Positions 29,101 to 35,984 of a stretch of DNA of 64,000 nucleotides are shown piece by piece. The number at the start of each line of letters is the position of its first letter. The first letter of the stretch is position 1. The notes beneath the pieces are model-generated. The model saw nothing but the letters and a program-made list of their open reading frames with translations, was not told the DNA's origin and did not search any database. The position numbers and the translations under genes were made by a program. Source of the stretch: Burkholderiaceae bacterium (GTDB lineage: Bacteria > Pseudomonadota > Gammaproteobacteria > Burkholderiales > Burkholderiaceae); the NCBI GenBank assembly GCA_947380065.1, contig CANCPL010000001.1, forward strand, positions 17,661-81,660. Reading direction: 5' to 3'.

Positions 29101-29484
29101 GATAACGCCACTAGCACCCCACCCCTCCCATTTACTGCCTGGCGAAGTTCCGTCATACCAGCCGGCCGGGTAATTCGTTCCCGAACCCGACAGCGGCCTC
29201 CCTCCTCCCCATTTATAGGCAGTGCCAACTGAGCCAGCAGGACTAGAATTTAATGTATTGGCATTATTTGCCACAGTTCCAGAACCCGTAGGTGTATTGA
29301 GGTGTCCCGCTGGATTAACCCCTAATGCAATAGTTTGACTAGCAGTAGTAGTGCTGTTGTGAATAATGCCAAACGTAGGAAAGCCTTGAGCATGGACAAG
29401 AGAACTCAGAGGCAGCACACCGAATAAAGAAATGTACGCTATGAATATCTTCGATTGAAGTTTTGAAAAAATAGTATTCATCAT
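26182..29484 (-). CDS. pilY1: PilY1/PilC-type pilus tip adhesin
   Basis: C-terminal beta-propeller motifs LGDTYHS, YVGANDGMLHAF, ERWAFIP, YYALDIT and terminal SWRE; follows pilX. Confidence 0.9.
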   Translation of the reverse strand: MMNTIFSKLQSKIFIAYISLFGVLPLSSLVHAQGFPTFGIIHNSTTTASQTIALGVNPAGHLNTPTGSGTVANNANTLNSSPAGSVGTAYKWGGGRPLSGSGTNYPAGWYDGTSPGSKWEGWGASGVIPVSNKTISAYASVDAGGISSNITVKSFVVDSTSIKSTVWISDPADPTKTPLLEVTHIYGPTSGPTNPNLFQALVTITNISGGTLTDVRYRRIMDWDMLNNLTTVYTDMVGVAASYASAYTPKVFDACDNGGSHYSITPDPSVACKASPLPVLANTHMDYAGIGGTVNNQTTNLGASFTFQFGDLLCNESAIFYIYYGAGASKAEVTNALTTVGAGVYSLGYDPNYPTIAFGFGFKGVSGSAVAPTLPTKTASLPAGSSTRQDVWQTFAPPVIGDGTIYQALFKYQKDKQWIGEINRYDVDASGALTSNIPSASAQSKLLLRAASNNAYSGGGRSIWTVGYDPLCMSAGLPLDNAYNNVTLANSTKLESLMYNCPATSNATATQDLINFTRGLNSSWEDTSATNAVRTSVLGDTYHSEMVLVGIPNAPWSSDAATFGKSEAYYRYQNNYPSFISNNSSRRSQLYVGANDGMLHAFDTDLNERWAFIPPSVIPMLRNETGTKGLNSGSGTSNSIFSVDGPITVKDVYFSGQGVWKTVLMGGLGWGGNGYYALDITNPDTPAHLFTINNDTANKVINYWDASGKKSTFAYNASCTSFDYSKLGGAWSRPVITLLPYSVGSTTQRWVAAFGGGFAGGASSSGTTSASSYGSYVYVLELEPDASKSTASCGATGSSVVTSTGGHVLAVTPVASDNSSNIPNGVTAHLTVVTGDGTSMANYYGGLAYFTDLQGKLWKYNLSKQSLSDANSGLFTLYESFLDQATLSNDRLAYNQLGSTIVSGTNALGASVNRLFNYFGSGDQIRLQRRVSTINNRIFGVMDPDFPATSLTQTKQTVSTFTNVNAQQCSVNNSWYADVYAKSGVNPAADYQKVIGRAAVSNGKVYFVAYQPEDLACPLYGTSRLIEVADSCQAGSNSATLGNGLATAPVVDGRGNVYVGMGNVKPGTTSTTGSQNLVCQVCGNQKSPVKYKSWREKKVY

Positions 29485-30093
29485 TTACGGGGTGTATAGC
29501 ACCACCGCCTCCAATGCTGACCGACTTGAGTTAGATTGCCAAAATTGAGTATTGATTACACCACTAGTTAAAGGGACGTTGTAATTTCCTAAAGCAGTAA
29601 TTTTGATGGTGTAGGTAAATGTGGAAGCCCCGTAGCCATTGCTTACACCCACCTCTGTACCGACCCCCAATGAAGAGGTACTTGCAAGTTTCTGAACAAT
29701 GCAGGATGAATAGCTAGCTCTACCTGCCCTATCTTTAAATTTTGTACTTCTAGAATCTGCTTGTCCTTGCGGAATCGTATCTGCCAAGACGGTCTTGCCA
29801 CTGAGAGGGCCGCCGGTTGTAGCCAAATCATAAGCAGTACCCACGCCATTCACCCAAGACTTACCCGTAGAGGTCGATAACCACTCAATCGCATTATCAA
29901 AACAGGTTTCACCTGCTTCAATCGAAATGGGTTTATTGGCAACTGCCGATACCAAGTCTGATTGCATAGAAGCTAAATAAGAGATACCCGCTCCCATCAC
30001 CATCAATACCAACAGCAGAATGAGTGTTACCACTAGCGCAATGCCTGATTGCTCTGGCAATGAGCTTGAGAGTTTGGTTTGAGATGTTTTCAC
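29485..30093 (-). CDS. pilX: minor pilin PilX (start uncertain; ORF is open to 30153)
   Basis: QSG|IALVVTL prepilin site lacking Glu5, as is typical of PilX. Confidence 0.8.
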   Translation of the reverse strand: MKTSQTKLSSSLPEQSGIALVVTLILLLVLMVMGAGISYLASMQSDLVSAVANKPISIEAGETCFDNAIEWLSTSTGKSWVNGVGTAYDLATTGGPLSGKTVLADTIPQGQADSRSTKFKDRAGRASYSSCIVQKLASTSSLGVGTEVGVSNGYGASTFTYTIKITALGNYNVPLTSGVINTQFWQSNSSRSALEAVVLYTP

Positions 30094-30094
30094 T

Positions 30095-30778
30095 TTAAGG
30101 TACCAAGGAGACATTTTTTGCCCTCGTGATAACAGTGAATGTTTTAGAGACAATACGGGTAGTGCCTTCTATTTTGCGTGGCGATTGAATCAATAAATAG
30201 GCTTGAATGGTTTGAAATTGCCCGCTATAAGTCCCACTAGACTTGGCATTTAATCCCTGAACGGTAAAGCTGCTAACCCAATCTAGAATAGGCTCACCCG
30301 TCGCTCCTCCGTAGACTGGAGTTGAGCTGGCCAAGTCACAGAAGGATGATGGATTGGTACATCTACGCCACTCACGTAACAACCGGTTTCTGCTAGTGCC
30401 TCCTGGCGGCGCATAGGGACTGAGGTAATACCGAATCAATGCTCGATAAAGCGTTCCTGAACTGTCGTAATCATCGTAAACAAAAATGATATTGCCAGGA
30501 TTAGACGAGATAATATTGATTGCTTGATTGCCTGACATGACGTTTGTATCGTTGTAGTCAAGGTATCCAGCCATGCGCACATCGGATTTAAATAAATCAA
30601 TCGCTCTTAACGCATTACGATCCACTTCGGTCTGTGCAGTAAGCACCTGTTGTTGTTGAGAGAAGAATGAATATCCGGCGTAGGTGCCGGCAATCACAAT
30701 GGATGAGACTGCTAATGCCACGAGTAACTCGACTAAGGTATAGCCAAATTCTGAAGATTGAGAGGCGCCATTTCTCAT
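30095..30778 (-). CDS. pilW: minor pilin PilW
   Basis: G|YTLVELLVAL prepilin motif and DVRMAGY. Confidence 0.85.
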   Translation of the reverse strand: MRNGASQSSEFGYTLVELLVALAVSSIVIAGTYAGYSFFSQQQQVLTAQTEVDRNALRAIDLFKSDVRMAGYLDYNDTNVMSGNQAINIISSNPGNIIFVYDDYDSSGTLYRALIRYYLSPYAPPGGTSRNRLLREWRRCTNPSSFCDLASSTPVYGGATGEPILDWVSSFTVQGLNAKSSGTYSGQFQTIQAYLLIQSPRKIEGTTRIVSKTFTVITRAKNVSLVP

Positions 30779-31260
30779 ATCTGCCTCAGCTTGCGCGTGA
30801 AATAACTACTGATAGTGCCGCCGTTGGTCACTAAACTCACATTAATAATCAGACCAGTTGAGTCCTTAGTGATGTCGACCTGCCGCATTTCCAAACCTGT
30901 GGTGGTGTTGAGCGGCCCAATATTAGAATTTAAATCATTGCACCAGAGCTGACGGGTATCGGTTGCGGGATAACTGCAGGTGGCTAAACTTCCCGAATAC
31001 TGCGTAGGCGTAACGAAGGGATTTAAAGCATCTGTACGTGAACGCATTCCCTCGGCGGCAATAGTTTCGATAATGCGATCTGCCATTAAATTGAGATACA
31101 TTCTTTTTTCTGACTCGGCAATAACCTGCTGAGCAGCGCCAAAAAAGAAATAGAGGCCACTAAACCCTAAAGTAAAAATCACCATGGCAACCATGGCCTC
31201 TACCAAGGTAAAGCCTTGGGCGTGATGATCAGGAATGGGCTTTAGTCTTGCTCTATCCAT
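30775..31260 (-). CDS. pilV: minor pilin PilV
   Basis: QG|FTLVEAMVAMVI; positioned between the fimT-like gene and pilW. Confidence 0.8.
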   Translation of the reverse strand: MDRARLKPIPDHHAQGFTLVEAMVAMVIFTLGFSGLYFFFGAAQQVIAESEKRMYLNLMADRIIETIAAEGMRSRTDALNPFVTPTQYSGSLATCSYPATDTRQLWCNDLNSNIGPLNTTTGLEMRQVDITKDSTGLIINVSLVTNGGTISSYFTRKLRQI

Positions 31261-31802
31261 AATCCTGTGGACTGCTGCCATTTAAATTTCTGCACAAAGC
31301 TGGTAGTTTGGTTAACCAGCACCCTGTAAGCACCATAAGCTGCACGATCACCGTTGCGATTGAGTTCTATATCAATAGCGCCACCAGCACCTTCAACGCC
31401 CGCCAAACCATTGGTCGTAAAAATACCTCTACCAGCGGAACAAATAGTACTCACTACCGAAGTTTCGCCGGACAAAATATTGAAATTTGCATCTTTTCCA
31501 ATAGGATTTTCCACAATATTGCTGGTAAAACTAGCGGACACGCTGCTTGCGGATGATTGTGGAAATGAGGAAATTTGATAGCTCAATTTTTTCGATGTAT
31601 TACAAATTAATAAACCAGTGCCATTGATAGTACGGACACGCGTTTTCAAGAAATCAATGCTCGACACCAAGGCGACATAGTCAGATTCCAAAGAGCGCTT
31701 ACCGCGCCAATCTGTAATCGAAGGCGATACAAAAGCCCCAACGATCATCAAAATCGCTACAACTACAATAATTTCTAGAAAACTAACGCCTCGTTGCTTC
31801 AT
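31242..31802 (-). CDS. minor pilin FimT/FimU-like
   Basis: RG|VSFLEIIVVVAI prepilin motif; first gene of the minor pilin set. Confidence 0.8.
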   Translation of the reverse strand: MKQRGVSFLEIIVVVAILMIVGAFVSPSITDWRGKRSLESDYVALVSSIDFLKTRVRTINGTGLLICNTSKKLSYQISSFPQSSASSVSASFTSNIVENPIGKDANFNILSGETSVVSTICSAGRGIFTTNGLAGVEGAGGAIDIELNRNGDRAAYGAYRVLVNQTTSFVQKFKWQQSTGLWIEQD

Positions 31803-32800
31803 GTAGCCTCAATTTGCCCTGACTGCGCCAACTGTTGTAACGAGGATTCCATCGTCATCATGCCCTCCCCGCGTGCCATCTGCATCACACTAGGAATTTG
31901 AAACACTTTATTTTCACGAATTAAATTGCGCACAGCAGGATTGCAGGTCATTACTTCAAATGCACCAATACGGCCTGGTGCATCCTTACGCTTTAATAGG
32001 CGCTGGGTCATTACCAAACGTAAGGATTGTGAGAGTTGTGCTCTCACTTGGTCTTGTTGCTGCGGTGGAAAGACGTCGATGATGCGGTTAATCGTATTCG
32101 GCGCACCACTGGTATGCAATGTACCCAATACTAAGTGGCCAGTTTCAGCAGCGGTGAGCGCTAGTTGAATAGTCTCTAAGTCACGTAACTCGCCTACCAA
32201 AATAACATCGGGGTCTTCGCGCAAAGAAGCGCGCAATGCTGCGGAAAAAGACAAAGTGTCCCGCTTCACTTCACGCTGTGAGACAACGCATTTTTGATTC
32301 TGATGAATAAACTCAATCGGATCTTCAATAGTGATGATATGTTCATGACGAGTCCGATTAATGCGATCGATCATTGCGGCTAATGTAGTGGACTTCCCGG
32401 AACCCGTAGGGCCCGTTACCAAAATGAGGCCATTCTCGAGATCAATCACATCCCTTGCTACAGGAGGCAGGCCGAGCACATCAAAAGTAGGAATGTGGGT
32501 TTCTATTTTTCGCATAACGGCTGCTAGACCTCTTGAAGTCTTAAAGAGGTTCACCCTAAAACGCACGTCGCCAGCCTCTACCGCTAAGTCCGCATCGAGA
32601 TGCTGCATAAAGTTGATTTGCTGCTCTTTAGTGAGCTGTTGCTCAATAAATTCTTTCATCTCACCCTGGGTCAAGATATCCTCAGGAAAAGTTTGAATGC
32701 CGCCATCTACCCGAATAGATATAGGCTCATTTTCATGGAAATGGAGATCCGATAATTTATATGCGGCTACATATTTCAGCGCCTTATCAATCATGCCCAT
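31799..32800 (-). CDS. pilT: type IV pilus retraction ATPase PilT
   Basis: GPTGSGKSTTLAAM, LREDPD, TGHLVLGTLHT and the PilT-specific AVRNLIRE motif. Confidence 0.95.
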   Translation of the reverse strand: MGMIDKALKYVAAYKLSDLHFHENEPISIRVDGGIQTFPEDILTQGEMKEFIEQQLTKEQQINFMQHLDADLAVEAGDVRFRVNLFKTSRGLAAVMRKIETHIPTFDVLGLPPVARDVIDLENGLILVTGPTGSGKSTTLAAMIDRINRTRHEHIITIEDPIEFIHQNQKCVVSQREVKRDTLSFSAALRASLREDPDVILVGELRDLETIQLALTAAETGHLVLGTLHTSGAPNTINRIIDVFPPQQQDQVRAQLSQSLRLVMTQRLLKRKDAPGRIGAFEVMTCNPAVRNLIRENKVFQIPSVMQMARGEGMMTMESSLQQLAQSGQIEAT

Positions 32801-32861
32801 ATTCTGATCCTTATCCTTTTATTATTTGTAAAATTCTTTTAATGATGTTGATTACAAACGC

Positions 32862-33734
32862 CTAATAGCCAAACCAAGGTGGCACCCCAAATATCAAAAT
32901 GGATGCGCCCGCCAATATTAAAAATGGGCCAAAAGGTAACATTCTTTCTAGAGTGAGTTTTTCTTTACGCAATATCATTACTCCACCAATCGACAGCAAA
33001 CCCAAGATGCTAGCAATCGCTAGTATGGGCATGATCGAGGCAAAACCAAACCAAGCCCCAAAGACGGCTAACAATTTAAAATCCCCACCGCCAAAACCAT
33101 CACGCTTACGAACTAAACGATAAAGATAATTGACTGACCAGGGCAAAAGATAGCCAACGCAAGCACCAAGTAATGATTGAATGGGGCTTATAGAGGTAAG
33201 ACCCAATACACTTCCAAGAAGGCCCAATACCAGCGCGCTGTAAGTTAAATAATTTGGTAAGTAGTAGGTTTCTAGATCAATAAAAAAGAGTGCAATCAGC
33301 AATGCCAAGAAGAGGCAGTACAGCGGCGTTGCCCAGCTCAATCCAAACTGCATATAGAGTGCAGCAAAACTGATCCCGGTAAATAATTCAACCAAAAAAT
33401 AGCGTAGTGAAATTGGCGCCGAACAATAGCGACACTTCCCTTTTAAACGCAACCAAGAAACAAGTGGGATATTGTCAGACCAAGGTATAGCGCGATGACA
33501 ACAAGGCGTCGTCGATCCAGGAGAAATCAGACATCTTAAATTTTCAACAATACTTTGCTGTTGATGGTGATCATCGTCTAAAGCATCATCATCCCCAAAT
33601 AAGGCCCTAGGAAGGCGATGTATTACAACATTGATAAAGCTACCCAGAATTAAACCCAGCAGCAAGGCATACCAGAAGCCTATCTGACCTAATGCCAATA
33701 GATGCTGTGCAGGTGTATTTAGAGTGTCGGCCAT
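32862..33734 (-). CDS. pilD: prepilin peptidase/N-methyltransferase PilD
   Basis: GSFINVVIHRLP, KCRYC, FFIDLE, GGGDFKL and PFGPFL motifs. Confidence 0.95.
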   Translation of the reverse strand: MADTLNTPAQHLLALGQIGFWYALLLGLILGSFINVVIHRLPRALFGDDDALDDDHHQQQSIVENLRCLISPGSTTPCCHRAIPWSDNIPLVSWLRLKGKCRYCSAPISLRYFLVELFTGISFAALYMQFGLSWATPLYCLFLALLIALFFIDLETYYLPNYLTYSALVLGLLGSVLGLTSISPIQSLLGACVGYLLPWSVNYLYRLVRKRDGFGGGDFKLLAVFGAWFGFASIMPILAIASILGLLSIGGVMILRKEKLTLERMLPFGPFLILAGASILIFGVPPWFGY

Positions 33735-33754
33735 ATGGTCTAAGCGCTCTAAAA

Positions 33755-34213
33755 CTAGAACCCGGTTTTCACATTCTGTTGATTAATAGAATAGATGATT
33801 GAAGAATCGGTACGGGACTTGGCATAGGCAACATAATCATTGGAATTTACGCCCGTGCAGCTTCCGCCTGATCCTACGGTGCCAGCAGTAATATAGAAGT
33901 AGAAATCGTTACTAACCCCAACCACGATAGGGCCAGCTGTTGGCGTGGTAGCCCCCATCACGTATTGATTGATACTGCTTGTCTGATCACCGGTACCTGA
34001 GGTGACGTAGTAGCAGTAGTTCTCCGCAAAATAATTCTTTTCCATGAGAAAAATACTTTTGAGGGTATTTTGCGCATCAGCATTTTTAGCAGCACGAATA
34101 TTGCCAGAATAGATAGGCACACCTACAGCTGCCAAAATCGCAATGATGGCAATCGTAACCAACAACTCCATGAGGGTAATGCCCAACTGCCCACGAAATC
34201 GATTTTTGCCCAA
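33755..34213 (-). CDS. type IV pilin, PilE-like (TTG start at 34213 after an AGGGAG RBS)
   Basis: G|ITLMELLVTIAIIAILAAVGVPIY...ADAQ..L....EKNYF pattern of the PilE family. Confidence 0.85.
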   Translation of the reverse strand: MGKNRFRGQLGITLMELLVTIAIIAILAAVGVPIYSGNIRAAKNADAQNTLKSIFLMEKNYFAENYCYYVTSGTGDQTSSINQYVMGATTPTAGPIVVGVSNDFYFYITAGTVGSGGSCTGVNSNDYVAYAKSRTDSSIIYSINQQNVKTGF

Positions 34214-34233
34214 CTTAATCTCCCTCAATCACC

Positions 34234-34263
34234 AAAAAAATGGCCCGTCTAGGCGGGCCATTT
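34234..34263 (-). terminator. rho-independent terminator after the major pilin
   Basis: AAATGGCCCG/CGGGCCATTT stem followed by T7 on the minus strand. Confidence 0.85.
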
Positions 34264-34314
34264 AGTCTCTAAAAGCTAAACTAACGTGTTAGCCCTTAAT
34301 GATATTGCTTCACT

Positions 34315-34821
34315 TTACTGAACGTTAATGCACTCAGCTGCTACAGGGTAATTTTGATTAGCACCTGCTGAATCCAGAATTAAAGTTTGAATTGAAATAC
34401 CAGTCGCACAACTTGCGGTAGCTGCACCGCTAATACCAAGCTCACCCGGATTAGCTGGTGGGATGGTTCCGCTGACGTTGGTAATTGAAGAAGTGTTGTA
34501 CGGGTTTTTCATTGTTGCCAGTGCATAGGCAGTGAAGTAAGTAGCGCCTGCTGTTGCATTTAGTCCGGATGGGCAAGTAATCGTTGCACCACCCGCCTTA
34601 GGATCAGCAAGAGTAGGAACTAGACCAGCAGAACATTTGGTTGTTTCACCAGCAATAAACGTTTTAATTGAATCAAAGTTTTGCTTCGTCGCGCTGACCT
34701 TAGCAGATGCTTGGTAGCCGTTGTACATCGGCACACCGATTGCAGTCAAAATACCAATAATGGCAATAACTACCAGCAGTTCAACGAGAGTAAAGCCGGA
34801 TTGTTGATTTTTAGAATTCAA
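34315..34821 (-). CDS. pilA: major type IVa pilin
   Basis: SG|FTLVELLVVIAIIGIL, GGAGG RBS, own terminator and a C-terminal Cys pair. Confidence 0.85.
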   Translation of the reverse strand: MNSKNQQSGFTLVELLVVIAIIGILTAIGVPMYNGYQASAKVSATKQNFDSIKTFIAGETTKCSAGLVPTLADPKAGGATITCPSGLNATAGATYFTAYALATMKNPYNTSSITNVSGTIPPANPGELGISGAATASCATGISIQTLILDSAGANQNYPVAAECINVQ

Positions 34822-35027
34822 TTGGAGCCTCCATGGATTACATATATTTAAGGTTTAACTGCATGCATTGCTGTAATTCAAAGAATATTTAGTATTTATA
34901 AACTATAACTTATTAAAAATTGTAGTATTTAAGTACTATTTAATCAAAAAACTATAAAAATGAACTTTTTAACAACAGTTCAATTGATTTTAGCTAAAAA
35001 CATCAATGTCTTCACAAGATTTGCTGG

Positions 35028-35501
35028 CTACTTGCTCAATTCTTTTTGCAGCAAAGAAATATTAGATTGGTATAAGGACTGTTTTTGTTGCAAAGTATTT
35101 AATTCCTTTTCTTGAGCCGCACTCTTTTTCTTAGATGCCGCAAGTGTGGTAATTTTCTCATTCGTTTTATTGAGTCGCTCTTGTTCAAGATCGATTTCTT
35201 CTTGAATAATTCGCTTTCTTTCAGAAACGGCTGAATCATAAGTGGCTTTGTTTTTGGCTTGCTTGGTTTCAGCAGCAGAGCCTGCAGGCACAGGCTTCTG
35301 GCCATCCGCTACAGCAGGCTTAGCCCTCTTATCCGGTGGTGGTAGAGCCATCTTTTTACAGCTCTTTCCTTTTTCAACATTAGAAAGAGTGATTACTCCA
35401 GCCTGCTTATCGCAACGATAAATGTCTGCCATTGCCACAATTGGGCAAAAAGTAATTACACATAAAACCAAGGTGGCAGTATTAAAAGGAAAAATCTTCA
35501 T
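35028..35501 (-). CDS. DUF4124-like secreted coiled-coil protein
   Basis: Signal peptide ending AMA-DIYRC...G.IT.SN, followed by a C-terminal coiled coil. Confidence 0.75.
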   Translation of the reverse strand: MKIFPFNTATLVLCVITFCPIVAMADIYRCDKQAGVITLSNVEKGKSCKKMALPPPDKRAKPAVADGQKPVPAGSAAETKQAKNKATYDSAVSERKRIIQEEIDLEQERLNKTNEKITTLAASKKKSAAQEKELNTLQQKQSLYQSNISLLQKELSK

Positions 35502-35529
35502 TTTTATTGCAAACAGCTTGATGAGAACA

Positions 35530-35841
35530 TCAAGAAGCTTCATTTTTGAGCAAGGGCAACAACTCAAGGGAAAGTATCTTTGTAGCGATACCGTAGGATT
35601 TCTCGAATTCCTCAGATCGGACCACTTCACCCTGACAAGAAAGTACCAGGTCACCACTTGGCGAGTCCAGGGTGACTAAAAATTCGACTATTTTTCCCGG
35701 CTCAATGGGTGACTCTACTTCCAAAAAGATCCCGCTTGAGCTTACGTCATGCGTAACGCCTTTAATGCCATCGATATTTACAGATAACACCATCTTTACT
35801 CGCTCTGACCCTCGAACTGGATTAACTTTTTCGGTAGTCAT
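35530..35841 (-). CDS. stand-alone PilZ domain protein
   Basis: RGSER (RxxxR) and DVSSSG (DxSxxG) c-di-GMP-binding motifs. Confidence 0.85.
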   Translation of the reverse strand: MTTEKVNPVRGSERVKMVLSVNIDGIKGVTHDVSSSGIFLEVESPIEPGKIVEFLVTLDSPSGDLVLSCQGEVVRSEEFEKSYGIATKILSLELLPLLKNEAS

Positions 35842-35984
35842 GGCTTACGCCCTTTGAAATGATGGTCATTAACATGCATAGATTGTATTGAAGAAGTGGT
35901 AAATATCAACAAAACAGCAAAAATCATCTTTTATTATCCCAAACCAGCAGCAAATGGAGGGGTTTCGGGCGAAAGATTAGAGGC

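Noticed and set aside
20520-32420. Similar nucleotide stretches in pilB and pilT (around GAACCCGTAGGGCC)
   Set aside because: They are explained by the shared Walker A peptide GPTGSGKSTT, not by a DNA repeat element.
34822-35027. sigma54 promoter for pilA
   Set aside because: No TGGCAC-N5-TTGC-like element was found on the minus strand.
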